Source: an uncultured Planctomycetaceae bacterium (GTDB taxonomy: Bacteria > Planctomycetota > Planctomycetia > Isosphaerales > Isosphaeraceae). From it: DNA of 64,000 nt. The stretch's first letter is position 1. Each line of letters starts with the position of its first letter. Of the stretch, positions 20,724-33,983 are shown in pieces. The translations under genes were made by a program, and so were the position numbers. The stretch lies in assembly GCA_963833985.1 (NCBI GenBank), contig CAWIAD010000002.1, forward strand, positions 1,440,001 to 1,504,000, in the 5' to 3' direction. The notes under the pieces are model-generated. The model did no database searches and was not told where the DNA came from. It worked only from the letters and a program-made list of their open reading frames with translations.

Positions 20724-21077
20724 ATGCTGCACAAGCTGATTGACAGGCTCCTGATTGCGTGGAGATCTCCCCGCTGGCGCTGGGCGCTCCTGATCGCTGT
20801 TCTGTCGGATGCCCTGGGGTTCGCCGCGGTGCTGGTGCCACCGTTGCAGTGGGTGCTGGACGCTCTGACTGCCGGAATGCTCTTCGTGATCCTGGGTTTT
20901 CCATGGGCGCTCCTGACTGCCCTGGCTGTCGAGGTGATCCCGGCACTCGAACTCTTCCCATTCTGGACACTGGCCGTTCTGGCCCTGGCGTCCACCACAA
21001 CTGGCAAATTGCCTCACGGCCAGGATGCCAGCCTTCCGGCCCAGTCCGGCGACGGCAGCACGACTCAGGAGAGATGA
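20724..21077 (+). CDS. hypothetical membrane protein
   Basis: Several hydrophobic helices; EVIPALELFPFWTLAV. Confidence 0.7.
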   Translation: MLHKLIDRLLIAWRSPRWRWALLIAVLSDALGFAAVLVPPLQWVLDALTAGMLFVILGFPWALLTALAVEVIPALELFPFWTLAVLALASTTTGKLPHGQDASLPAQSGDGSTTQER

Positions 21078-21163
21078 CGATCATGCGCTGCTCCGGAGCG
21101 GAGCAGGGCCACGCCTGGGGTCCCCCATACTCCGACATATGCCCGAATTGCAATGACAAGTCG

Positions 21164-21234
21164 CCCGCGGCGTGTCCCGAGATTCCTGACCTGAATGACA
21201 GTGGAGGCGAATCCTGGGGCCATCCCCATTCCCC
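21164..21234. repeat. partial left end of the same MITE family
   Basis: CCCGCGGCGTGTCCCGAGATTCCTGACCTGAATGA...AATCCTGGGGCCATCCCCATTCCCC matches 39598-39660. Confidence 0.6.
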
Positions 21235-21252
21235 GCCAATTCCAGTTGCCAG

Positions 21253-23118
21253 TCACACCGGGGCGGGCTCAGGCGCTCCGGCGGTGAGCTTGAAAAGCTG
21301 AGGATCGAGCCGATTCAAGAGTCGGCGGATCTTCGGGAGCTGTTCGATCGCGGCCGCCTCTCCGATCGCGGCAAGCTCCTTCGCCTTCATGAACTCCGCG
21401 GAGTCGACGCCGGTCACGTCCGGCTCGATCACGACGTCCGCCGGCTGGACACCGAAGGCGTTCAGGTTGTGGTTTTGAACCAACAGGCTGCGCAAGATCG
21501 TCGGCCCGATGCCCGGCTTGTTCCTCGACAGAATGGGCTGCTCAGGTTCGATGTCGCAGAAACGGGTCTCCAGCTTCGCCGTCACGCTGATGGCGATGAC
21601 GAAATTGCAGCCCATCGACACCAGCACATCCGCCGGGATGTTGTTGACCAGCCCGCCGTCGATCAGCGCCTGGCCATTGCGGATGATCGGGACCGAGAGC
21701 ACGGGCAGGTTGATGCTCTCGAGGATCGCATGGACGGCATCGCCTCGTTCGCGGACGACCGATGTGCCGCTCACCAGGTCGACCGTGACGGAGAGACAGG
21801 GGAGGGCAAGCTGTTCGAGTCTCCAGTCGTGCAGGTACTTGCGTAGCATCGGGTCGAATTTCCCGCGACGGTACTTGTGGATGAGGTACCAGTAGTTGCC
21901 TTGCGGCAGGCGGCGAAAAAACCACGAAGGGCGAAGGTCCGTGGCGAATTGATCGGCGTTGTAGTCGGGATCCAGGCCGGCGGAGTACAGAATACCGGTC
22001 ATGGCCCCGGCGCTGGTGCCCGCGATCATGTCCACGACGATGCCACCGCGCTCGAGGGCCTTGAGCACGCCGAGGTGCGACATGCCTCGGGCGGCCCCAC
22101 CGCCGAGGGCCACGCCCACACGCACGCCGCGCAGGTCGTGCACCAGCCGCTCCAGCCCGTTGGCCAGCGACAGGCCTGACGGGAGTCCCGGGGGCGTTTC
22201 GTGGATCTTGAAATCACGGGAGGCAAGCACGGGGAGGTTCGGAATGGCGGGGACCACGGGACGATCGCCCTGAAGCAACCAGGCGACACTGATCTTGTCG
22301 CGCCAGCCCCGGGCAGCCACGTCGATCGCCTGGAGCCGGCGCATTGCGCTTTCTGCCGCATCTGCCGCGATGAAATAGACGGCGCGATCGACGAGTTCCA
22401 TGAGCCGCGCCGTCCGTTCCGGCGTCAGGTAGGTGTGGACGTCGAAGATGATTCGATTGGCGTCCTGCCACCGAGCGGCCTGCTCGCGGATTTCTTCCGA
22501 CGTCAAATCTCGTCCGTTTTCATGAAGTGGCCGAAACCGTACGCTTGGTGAAACCGGCCTCCGGTCCCAATCGCTGAAGACGGCGATTTGCTCGCCGATG
22601 TCGCTCAGTCGCTGGATGAGCCGTTCCGCCGCCGGCCGCGTCGCGGGTGAATCGTGAATCAGCGCCAGCATCATGGTCGAGCGCTTGGGGGCGTCGCCCA
22701 GGAACAATTTCCTCTGGTTTCGTGCGAAGCTCTTCAACCACAGACGGCGCAGGTCCGGCCTGGCGAAAGTCAACTCCATCGCCTCTTCGTAGTCCAGCCT
22801 GAGGATCGTCGAGGGCTCCAGCGCGACGATGCGGATCGGCACGGGTTCGCTGAGTGCGCCGACCATGAGCCCGAATTGTTCGCCGCGCTCGATCATGCGG
22901 AAGAGCGACTCGGATCCGCTGGTGCCGATCCGGACGGCCTTGAGCCGCCCGCGCAAGACGAAGCCCACCGTGGTGAGCACGACGTCGGCCTCGTGGACGA
23001 CGCTGCCGGCGGGATAGTGCGCGACGCGTCCGAGCCGCTCGACTTCCTCCAGGCTCTCATCGGACGCACCCTGAAAGTACTCGTGCACCTTCAAGAGCGG
23101 AATGAGCTCATTGTTCAT
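21253..23118 (-). CDS. cNMP-binding plus patatin-like phospholipase (NTE family)
   Basis: GGGAARG, GTSAG and DGG motifs; N-terminal cNMP domain. Confidence 0.92.
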   Translation of the reverse strand: MNNELIPLLKVHEYFQGASDESLEEVERLGRVAHYPAGSVVHEADVVLTTVGFVLRGRLKAVRIGTSGSESLFRMIERGEQFGLMVGALSEPVPIRIVALEPSTILRLDYEEAMELTFARPDLRRLWLKSFARNQRKLFLGDAPKRSTMMLALIHDSPATRPAAERLIQRLSDIGEQIAVFSDWDRRPVSPSVRFRPLHENGRDLTSEEIREQAARWQDANRIIFDVHTYLTPERTARLMELVDRAVYFIAADAAESAMRRLQAIDVAARGWRDKISVAWLLQGDRPVVPAIPNLPVLASRDFKIHETPPGLPSGLSLANGLERLVHDLRGVRVGVALGGGAARGMSHLGVLKALERGGIVVDMIAGTSAGAMTGILYSAGLDPDYNADQFATDLRPSWFFRRLPQGNYWYLIHKYRRGKFDPMLRKYLHDWRLEQLALPCLSVTVDLVSGTSVVRERGDAVHAILESINLPVLSVPIIRNGQALIDGGLVNNIPADVLVSMGCNFVIAISVTAKLETRFCDIEPEQPILSRNKPGIGPTILRSLLVQNHNLNAFGVQPADVVIEPDVTGVDSAEFMKAKELAAIGEAAAIEQLPKIRRLLNRLDPQLFKLTAGAPEPAPV

Positions 23119-24100
23119 GGCGGCGCCTTTCGAGTTCGCGGCGGATATGATCACCGAATCCCGCCGACGGGGCTGTGTTCGCAATGTCGTTCAGGTAGGC
23201 GAGCCGGCGGAGTTCCTTGAAGGGTAAAGTCCGGTCCAATCGACCGTCCTTGTAGAGGGCCCGATCCAGTCGGGCGTTGGCAATAACGCGCCAGTCCCAG
23301 CGGACTCGTGTGCTGGGAAGCTTGTAGAAGGACGTCGTGCAATTGGTGAACAGGACGTGGTACCAGCGCGGACTCTCGTACAACTCGTTGAGCATATTCA
23401 CGTAGTCGAGAAACACTCTTTTGAGTTCCTCCACACTCGAATTGAGGTGGTAGAGGTACGCGGATTGACCCCGGCTGTATTTCGTGCGCCGCAGAATGAC
23501 GTCGCGTTCGTCCGCGGCGACGAAGATCAGCTCTTGCTGTCGATACAGACTGCGAAAGACCGAGTATTTCTGACCCTTCGTGATTCGCGCCTCGATCGAC
23601 ATGCAGATGCGGCCATCGGGTCCGAAGTCGAAGACCAGGGCCGGGTGGCCCCTGAGCCCATCTCCCCAGTCGAAAAAAACGGCGTCCACTCCCTTGATAT
23701 TCGAGAGATGATATGTGCGGGTTTCCCAGTGCGGGGTGAAATCGTTGAGCGAACGGTATTCCAGGTTGCGGACGTTTTCGATGGTCACCGCATCGCCGGC
23801 GATGACAGCCCGCGGCAGCACCGCGGCGCTCGGGTCCCAATCGCGATCGTTGCTCGGTTTTTGCCGGTACCACCAGGCAAGGAAGAGCAACTCCGCCCCG
23901 AGCAAGGCTACGATCGGCTGCCAGAGCGGCCGCCATGTCCCGAACAGCGCGATGATGCCAACGGCCCAGGCCAGCGCGACCCAACGGCCCCACCCGGCTC
24001 CGCCACACGCGTCGTAGTAAATCGCGCCGATCATCCAAACCGCAACCAGGCCACACGCCAGCAGCGATGTTCCCGTGATGATTCCCAGTATGGGGCCCAT
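23108..24100 (-). CDS. DUF4105 / Lnb N-terminal-like protein
   Basis: TM helices; PSNDRDW, VTIENVRN, ADERDVILRRT, PRWYHVLFTNCTT. Confidence 0.85.
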   Translation of the reverse strand: MGPILGIITGTSLLACGLVAVWMIGAIYYDACGGAGWGRWVALAWAVGIIALFGTWRPLWQPIVALLGAELLFLAWWYRQKPSNDRDWDPSAAVLPRAVIAGDAVTIENVRNLEYRSLNDFTPHWETRTYHLSNIKGVDAVFFDWGDGLRGHPALVFDFGPDGRICMSIEARITKGQKYSVFRSLYRQQELIFVAADERDVILRRTKYSRGQSAYLYHLNSSVEELKRVFLDYVNMLNELYESPRWYHVLFTNCTTSFYKLPSTRVRWDWRVIANARLDRALYKDGRLDRTLPFKELRRLAYLNDIANTAPSAGFGDHIRRELERRRHEQ

Positions 24101-24480
24101 GACGTATTCTCTTGCGGTTGACGCAGCGCATTGCGAGAGCGAGTTGATGCACCTGCCGGAGCCGGTTTCAGGACTGGTGTTTACGAAGTCTACCACACGG
24201 GCTTTTCGACCGCTCGTCATTACAACTGCCGGCAAGAGTCGGCCAGGTCTGCTCTCTGCTCGCCAGGTTCCGATCCTGACGAGGAGGCACTCGTTTCCGC
24301 CCATTCGGGGCGTAACGAGCCTGCCGGAGTGTGCGATTTGCCAGGGCCCGCCTTGGAAAAGCAGGAGAATCGCTGGAATCGCAGGAGCCGAAGCGACCCG
24401 GCGAGTTATACTGAACTGGCGCAAATCCACTTCTCGGATCTTCCCTTCGACGGTCTCGGCGAGAGACAGAGCAGACACCG

Positions 24481-27306
<2,826 letters not shown>

Positions 27307-27593
27307 TCCTGGCCTACGGGTCGTTGGCGCCGGTAAGATTAGAACCTTCGGAGGCATCATCCTCCAGATTTCGAGCGAGCAGGACTCTCTGTTCCCACAC
27401 TTCAAAAGGGCACGCTCCTGGGTCTTCAAAGACGATGCGGGGAAGAGCCCGCACGCCAACCATGGCCGGTGCGTGTTTCTTGGCACTGGGATATCGCCTG
27501 TGCCGGCCATGGCGAACTCGAACTCGATGTCCTGATGAATGTAGTGCGCGCACGCATGTCAGAAATTCTCATCGGAACGGCATTACGAAGACA

Positions 27594-28505
27594 ATGATGA
27601 CTGCCGCGTTGGTCAAGATCCTTGTCTCGATCACGCTCATGGCAATGATGGGCGCGATCGGACTGGAGTTGAATCTTGCCGAACTGGCCACCGCGGCCCG
27701 GAGCTGGCGGCTGACCACGAAGGCCGCGCTGGCAAACTACCTGTGCGTGCCCGCGGTTACCGTAAGCTTGTTGCTCTTATTCCATCCCGCCGACCCTACG
27801 GTCGCGGCGGGGTTTCTCATCCTAGCCGTCTGCCCGGGCGCACCCTTCGGCCCTGCTTGCACGCGGCTCGCAAAGGGGAATGTGGCAACTGCGCTGGGGA
27901 TGATGGTGCTGCTGGCTGGCTCATCGGCCGTCGCCGCACCATTGCTATTGCACCTGCTTTTGCCACTTCTGTCGAGTCGCGGATCGCTCCAAGTCGATTC
28001 GGGCCAGATCGTCGTCACGCTGCTGGCGACCCAGCTGGCGCCGCTGTGCCTGGGGGTGGGGGTACGCCGCTGGTCACCGTGGCTCGCCAACAGGGTGCAG
28101 AGACCGGCAAACCTCCTGAGTGCGATGCTCAATCTGACAACACTCGTCGTCGTTCTCGCCGTCTACTTTCCTCTTTTGGCGGCGATTCGGCTGCGCGGGT
28201 ACGTGGGCATGGTGGGCTTACTCTTGGCGAGCTGGGCGACAGGCTGGCTGCTGGGCGGTCCGGGAGCCGGCAACCGCAAGGCTTTGGCGCTCACCACCTC
28301 GCTGCGCAACGTCGGCGTCGGCCTGGTCATCGCGACCACCAATTTCGGCGGCACGGCGGCCGTCACGGCGGTCCTGGCCTATGGGATCTTCGAGATTGTC
28401 GGATCCGTATTACTGGCCCTGGCATGGGGCCGGGCGCCGTTGGCCTTGGATGAACGAGCTGAACGGCCGACCGGCATCGCGTTCCCGCTCGATGATTCAA
28501 ACTGA
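27594..28505 (+). CDS. bile acid:sodium symporter (BASS) family transporter
   Basis: LAVCPGAP, LAKGN, TTSLRNVGVGLVIA; about 9 TM helices. Confidence 0.88.
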   Translation: MMTAALVKILVSITLMAMMGAIGLELNLAELATAARSWRLTTKAALANYLCVPAVTVSLLLLFHPADPTVAAGFLILAVCPGAPFGPACTRLAKGNVATALGMMVLLAGSSAVAAPLLLHLLLPLLSSRGSLQVDSGQIVVTLLATQLAPLCLGVGVRRWSPWLANRVQRPANLLSAMLNLTTLVVVLAVYFPLLAAIRLRGYVGMVGLLLASWATGWLLGGPGAGNRKALALTTSLRNVGVGLVIATTNFGGTAAVTAVLAYGIFEIVGSVLLALAWGRAPLALDERAERPTGIAFPLDDSN

Positions 28506-28856
28506 ATCGCCGGTGACCTGGCTGCTACGCTATCAGCAGGAGGGGCGGGCTCGCCGCTCGCTCTGGCTCCTTCCTGTGCCGAATGTGCCGGGAAGGCAAG
28601 GGAGACAGGTCGTACCAAAGAATCGTTCTGGGCAGAGTTCCCGGGCGAGGCGATGCCACATTTTCGGCATATTGCCCAGCACAAAGCGATTCAGTTCAAC
28701 CAACTGAAGAATTGCCACTTCCAGTCCGAAGACTGGTTACAATCTCGCGCCGAGGCAGCCCGGATCCGCCCGCCGTCGCCAGAAACGGGCGAGTTGCGTC
28801 GATGCTGGCTCCCGTCACTTTCCCCCCAATCGGGAAACTCCATAAGGACAGGCCCC

Positions 28857-29975
28857 ATGGCAGGATGCCAAGGAACTCAACAAGGCCCACGGGTCCTGAT
28901 CATCGCGATAGCGCTGAGCACGGCGATCACCGCTTCGGTTCAGGCCCAGACTCCCGCGTTGCCGAGCCCGACCGCCCCGGCGGATTTCTCCTCGACCGTC
29001 GGTGGGCCGGAGACGTTCGTCGAGCCGACCTTCACCCAGCCGGCCGGTGCTGTTCCGTCCTACTATGCCGGAGAAGGCTATGCGTCGACCGCTCCCATCG
29101 TCCAGTTGGGGCTCTTCGACACGATCACCGAGTCGATCTTCGGCCAGCCCGATCCGAACACCTGGCGGCCGCTGCCGCTCTCGACGTTCTTCAGCGAGGG
29201 CTGGAACGAAGCCTGGGTGCCGTCTCCCAACGGTTCGGGCGGCGCGCCCCGTCAAGGCTGGATCAACGCCATGGACGGCAACATGTACCGGCTCTGGTTC
29301 TTCACGTTCGCTCAGGCATTCAACAACGCCCCGAGGGGCAACGCTTACCTCGGTTCGTACACGCTCCTGGCGCCCCTGAGCCGTCGCATGGAGCTGATCA
29401 TCAACGTCCCGTTCATTATCCGGAACAATGCCTCCACCGGCTTGCCCATCATCGACCCGAGCCGGCCGGTGCTGCCGTCGACGAAGAGCCACTCGGGATT
29501 TGGCGATATCTCGTTCACTCCCCGCTTCTTACTGCACGAGACGAAGGACTTCTCGCTCACGGCCGAGATGGCGGTGGTGACCCCGACCGGGAATCAGCCC
29601 CTTGCGGGCAATACCACCACCCTGGTCCCGGCCTTCGGCTTCTGGAATAACCCAGTGGGCGGGTGGGTGGTGCGGGGCGGCCTCGGTCTCGGTGTTCCAA
29701 TGAATGGCAGTGGGGATTACCTGATCAACCAGCTTGCCATCGGTAACACATTCACGGATCATGACGTACCGCTGTTTGGAGACTTCACCCTCTACCTGTC
29801 GGCCGTGGTGAACACCTCCCTCGCCTACTCGAATAATACCAGCATGACGCTGACCCCCGGCATGCGAACCCACCTGGGAAACGACTGGTATTTCCTGGCC
29901 GGTCTACCAACGCCCGTCACCAAGGACCGAGTCGGCGAGATCGGTATGATCTTCTGGTTCATGAAAGCGTGGTGA
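28857..29975 (+). CDS. hypothetical exported protein, possible outer-membrane beta-barrel
   Basis: Signal peptide, SGFGDISF motif, alternating strands, C-terminal W. Confidence 0.6.
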   Translation: MAGCQGTQQGPRVLIIAIALSTAITASVQAQTPALPSPTAPADFSSTVGGPETFVEPTFTQPAGAVPSYYAGEGYASTAPIVQLGLFDTITESIFGQPDPNTWRPLPLSTFFSEGWNEAWVPSPNGSGGAPRQGWINAMDGNMYRLWFFTFAQAFNNAPRGNAYLGSYTLLAPLSRRMELIINVPFIIRNNASTGLPIIDPSRPVLPSTKSHSGFGDISFTPRFLLHETKDFSLTAEMAVVTPTGNQPLAGNTTTLVPAFGFWNNPVGGWVVRGGLGLGVPMNGSGDYLINQLAIGNTFTDHDVPLFGDFTLYLSAVVNTSLAYSNNTSMTLTPGMRTHLGNDWYFLAGLPTPVTKDRVGEIGMIFWFMKAW

Positions 29976-30238
29976 GCCAGCCGAGGCGGGTCTGGCGCAA
30001 GCCGCAGGCCGAGGTCACTTCCTGTCCTCTGAGCTTCCTTGTGCGGGAACCGAGCCCCGGGGATGGTAACAAGTCGAAGCATGCTTGGTGCCAGAAATAT
30101 CGATGCTTTGCGGCGATTGCCTAGATTTTGTGGATGGGGCAGATTAGGTTGACGCCTGCGGGACGTATGCTACCTCGCGTTGCACAGGGAGTGTGTGCTT
30201 TCTGAGCGAACGCACGCGGTCCCGTGGGAGAACACATC

Positions 30239-30643
30239 ATGACGCGCAGCTTGAAGGTCAGTCTTTTGCTCGCCTCGATGCTGGTCGTCCTGTGGACGAC
30301 GTCGTCGGAGGCGTGCCACCGGCGCCGCCGGGCGTGCCAGCCCACCCAGAGCTACTGCTGCCAATCGGGGTACACGTACGGGAGCTCCACGGGCTACTAC
30401 GCTTCTGGCCAGGGCGGCTACACCACGGCTCAAGGCGGTTACTATGGCGGTGAGTCCGGCTACGCCCAGCCCGGTTACGCCCAGCCCGGCTACGCTCAGC
30501 CTGGCTACGGTCAGCCCGGCTACGCCCAGCCCGGCTACGATTTCGGCCGGCCCGGCTACAATCCGGGCGGCCTTGGTGGGCCGGCGTCCGGGATAGGCGT
30601 GCGGCCCGGTCTGGGCGCCGGCGGCTTTGGCCCTGGGCGCTGA
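30239..30643 (+). CDS. small secreted Gly/Tyr/Gln/Pro-rich protein with GY(A/G)QP x5
   Basis: Signal peptide ending SEA; 15-bp tandem repeat at about 30458-30538. Confidence 0.8.
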   Translation: MTRSLKVSLLLASMLVVLWTTSSEACHRRRRACQPTQSYCCQSGYTYGSSTGYYASGQGGYTTAQGGYYGGESGYAQPGYAQPGYAQPGYGQPGYAQPGYDFGRPGYNPGGLGGPASGIGVRPGLGAGGFGPGR

Positions 30644-30749
30644 ACGTCCGCAGGCTGTCCGATCACCCTGCGTGGGCGCGCCGGCCGGGACCTACGGGCT
30701 CACTCAGTGCAGTGTCAGCGGCGGCCAGCTGTGAAGGGGCCAATCATTC

Positions 30750-31436
30750 ATGCGACACGTCGGCCGGCTTCTCCTGGTCACTCTCGTGCAAGGCATGCTT
30801 TTTCTGGTCCCTCTCGTGCTCGTCGCCGTGCTGGCACGGGAGGGCTACCAGATGCTCCGCCGCCTCTCCCAGCCGGTCTCCCGGCTGCTCCCCGCGGACC
30901 GTTTCTTCGGCATCCTGGCTGAGGACCTGGTCTCGATCCTGGCGATCATCGTGCTCTTCCTGATCGCGGGCCTCTTCGTCGGCACGCGGCCGGGTCGTGT
31001 GCTCAGCGACCGCCTGGAGCGCTCAGTTCTCTACCGGGTGCCGGGGTATCTCCTGGTGCGGGGGGCGGTGGGTAGCTTCCCGGGTCTGAGCACGGAAATG
31101 CGGCCGGAACCTTCGCTGGTGGAGACCGATGACGGCTGGGCGTTCGCCCTGCTGGTCGAACGGAAGCCCCCGGGGTTCTGCACGGTCTTCTTGCCCGACT
31201 CGCCCACGCCCACGACCGGCTCCGTTCGCATTGTCGAGGCCACGCGGGTGAGGCCCCTCGACGTCTCGATGCTGAACCTGCTGGCCTGCCTGACCCGGTC
31301 CGGTACCGGCGCAGGTGCGCTCGCCGAGCGGGTCCTGGGCGGCGGGACGGCATTTGACGGAACCAAGGGTGCGACGACCGAGATGCTCTCGCGAGGTGGC
31401 GAGTCTGAGGTCCGGGATGCCACCGAATCGCTCTGA
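30750..31436 (+). CDS. DUF502-family membrane protein
   Basis: QGMLFLVPL, RVPGY, TVFLPDSPTPTTG. Confidence 0.85.
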   Translation: MRHVGRLLLVTLVQGMLFLVPLVLVAVLAREGYQMLRRLSQPVSRLLPADRFFGILAEDLVSILAIIVLFLIAGLFVGTRPGRVLSDRLERSVLYRVPGYLLVRGAVGSFPGLSTEMRPEPSLVETDDGWAFALLVERKPPGFCTVFLPDSPTPTTGSVRIVEATRVRPLDVSMLNLLACLTRSGTGAGALAERVLGGGTAFDGTKGATTEMLSRGGESEVRDATESL

Positions 31437-31452
31437 AGCGAGGGCGGCCCGC

Positions 31453-32454
31453 CTACAACGACGTTCCCTCCAGAAACGGTTCGCCGGCGGTGAGCCGTTT
31501 GACGTTCTCCACGGTGGTGCTGGCGATATCGTGCAGGGCCTCGCGGGTCAAGAACGCCTGGTGCGCCGTGATGAGTACGTTGGGGAACGTCAACAGTCGC
31601 GACAGGACGTCGTCCTCAACGACCTGGCCGGAGAGATCCTCGAAGAAGAGACCTTCCTCTTCCTCGTAGACGTCCAGGGCCACCCCGCCCAGGCGGCGAC
31701 TCTTCAGGGCGTGGATCAAGGCCTTGGTGTCGACGAGTTGCCCGCGGCTGACGTTGACGAGGATCGCCCCCGGCTTCATCAGCTCCAGGCTCTCCTGGCA
31801 CACCACGTACTTCGTCTCGGGGGTCAGCGGCACATGCAGCGTCACCACATCGCTCTCTCGCGCCAGCGTCCGCGGGTCCGTGTAGGCGACCCCGTGCCCG
31901 GCCGCCCACTGCGGGTCGGGATAGGCGTCGTAGCCCAGCACCCGCATCCCGAAGCCCTTCAGGATCTCGGCCACGATCCGCCCGATGCGTCCCGTGCCGA
32001 TGACGCCCGCGGTCTTGCCATGCAGGTCGAAGCCCTGGAGCCCCGCGAGCGAGAAGTTGTGCTCCCGAACCCGGTTGAAGGCGCGGTGGGTCTTGCGGTT
32101 CAAGGCGAGGATCAGCGCGACGGTGTGCTCGGCCACCGAGTACGGCGAATAGTTCGGCACGCGTGTCACCGGCAGGCCCAGATCCTTCGCCGCCGGCAGG
32201 TCCACGTTGTTGAAGCCCGTACACCTCAGGGCCAGCAGGCGTACTCCCAGCCCCGCGAGCTCCTCCAGCACCTCGCGGCCGGCGTCGTCGTTCACGAACA
32301 CGCAGACGGCCTGTGCGCCGTGGGCCGCGTGGGCGGTCTCCGGCCCGAGGCGGAATTCGAGGAATCGCCAGTCGATCACGTCCGCACTCACGGCCCGCGT
32401 GAGGGCGTCGCGATCGTAGGGCTTGGTGTCGTACACGGCGACGGTCGTTGTCAT
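31453..32454 (-). CDS. ldhA: D-lactate dehydrogenase (D-2-hydroxyacid dehydrogenase)
   Basis: VCVFVND, RVPNYSPYSVAEH, GVIGTGRIG, LDVYEEEE, LTFPNVLITAHQAFLT. Confidence 0.92.
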   Translation of the reverse strand: MTTTVAVYDTKPYDRDALTRAVSADVIDWRFLEFRLGPETAHAAHGAQAVCVFVNDDAGREVLEELAGLGVRLLALRCTGFNNVDLPAAKDLGLPVTRVPNYSPYSVAEHTVALILALNRKTHRAFNRVREHNFSLAGLQGFDLHGKTAGVIGTGRIGRIVAEILKGFGMRVLGYDAYPDPQWAAGHGVAYTDPRTLARESDVVTLHVPLTPETKYVVCQESLELMKPGAILVNVSRGQLVDTKALIHALKSRRLGGVALDVYEEEEGLFFEDLSGQVVEDDVLSRLLTFPNVLITAHQAFLTREALHDIASTTVENVKRLTAGEPFLEGTSL

Positions 32455-32497
32455 GGCCCCCTCCGGTCTTCAGTGGCCGACCCGATCGCGGAACCTC

Positions 32498-32783
32498 TTA
32501 ATCTCCGAGGCAGACCCCCAGCGCCCGTGCGGCCCGCACGAAGCCTCCCGTGGGCGGGACCGTCTTCAATCGCCCGACCGCTTCCGTGATCCTCACGGCA
32601 CCCACCCGGTCGCCCTGATAGGCTACCATATACCCGTACTGGCCGGCCGCGATCAACTCCACGGCCTCGACGCCGAAGACCGTGCAAAGCGTGGACGAAG
32701 TTCGCCTTGGCGACCACCCGGATCACCGCGTTCAGCCCCGGGCAGTCGCCCCCGCAAGTCACGTTGCCGATGCGCTCGCTCAT
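32498..32783 (-). pseudogene. pfkA: 6-phosphofructokinase remnant with large internal deletion
   Basis: N-terminal RIGNVTCGGDCPGLNAVIR joined out of frame to C-terminal FGVEAVELIAAGQYGYMVA...ARALGVCLGD*. Confidence 0.85.
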
Positions 32784-32857
32784 AATCCGCAGCCCTGCTT
32801 CGCGTCACGCCTGCACGTGGGCCCTTCGCGTCTCGGAAACTCGCCAGGGCAGAATGC

Positions 32858-33981
32858 CTACTTGGTCACTGCGATGGACTTGCGGAACTGGCCAATGCTG
32901 AAAGCGAAGAAGGCCAGGCCGATGGTGGCGACCGCAAGGAACTGCGGCCACACGGTCTCGATTCCTGCGCCCGGAAGATGATGGCCTGGGAGAAGGCGAC
33001 GAAGTGGCGCGAGGGGAGCAACAGCGTGAGGCGCTGCATCCACAGCGGCTGGCTCTCCACGGGCGTGCTGCCGCCCGACAGGAGTTGCAGGACGATGATG
33101 ACCAGGATGATCAGGAGCGCGAACTGGGCCATCGAGCGGGAGATTGTGCCGAGGTAGAGCCCCAGCGCCGTGGCGAAGAACAGGTAGAGCACGACGCCCA
33201 GGAAGAACAGCGGGAGCGAGCCGGCGATGGGCACATCGAGCAGGGTGCGGACGACCACGTACATCGAGGCGGCGACGGCCGTGAGGATGACCAGTCCGTT
33301 GGCCCAGACCTTGGACATGGCGATCTCGAACGGGGTCAGAGGCAGCGTGAGGAGATGCTCGATGGTGCCGTGCTCCCGCTCCCTGATCAGTGCGGCCCCG
33401 GTCAGGACCACGGTGAGCGTGGTGATCTGGTTGACGAGGGCGACGATGGCGCCGAACCAGGAGGCGTCGCCGTTGGGGTTGAACGCTTTGCGGACGACGA
33501 CGCGGAGGGGAAGTTCTGGCTTTGCGTCCGTGCGGTGGATGAACGAGTTGACCCGGTCGATCAGGATGTTCTTGATGTAGCCAGCTCCGATGCTGGCCTG
33601 CTGCATCGCCGTGGCGTCCACATCCACCTGGATCTCGGAAGGCCGGCCGCGGCGAAGGTCGATCTCAAACCCCGGTGGGATGGCCACGATGAACATGTAA
33701 CGACCGCGGTCCATTGCGGCGGTGGCGTCTCCGGCCGTGATGATCTGGGGATGCTGGAAGCGGGGTGGGTAAAACGCGGCGATGAGCTCCTTGGAGAGCT
33801 GAGACTGGTCCTCGTCGATGAAGGCGAGGCTGGCGTTGTTGACCTCGGACTTGACGCCGCGGGCCTGCGAGATGACCGCCAGAGTGAACGCGTAGAGGAT
33901 GAAGGCGACGAGCACGGGGTCGCTCGCAAGGCTGCGCAGCTCCTTGAGCCCGAGCCAGAGTATGTTCGCGGCGCGACCCAT
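32858..33981 (-). CDS. yhhJ: ABC-2 permease (frameshift near 32970)
   Basis: LGLKELRSL, GAALIREREHGTIEHLL, LSGGSTPVES. Confidence 0.88.
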
Positions 33982-33983
33982 GG

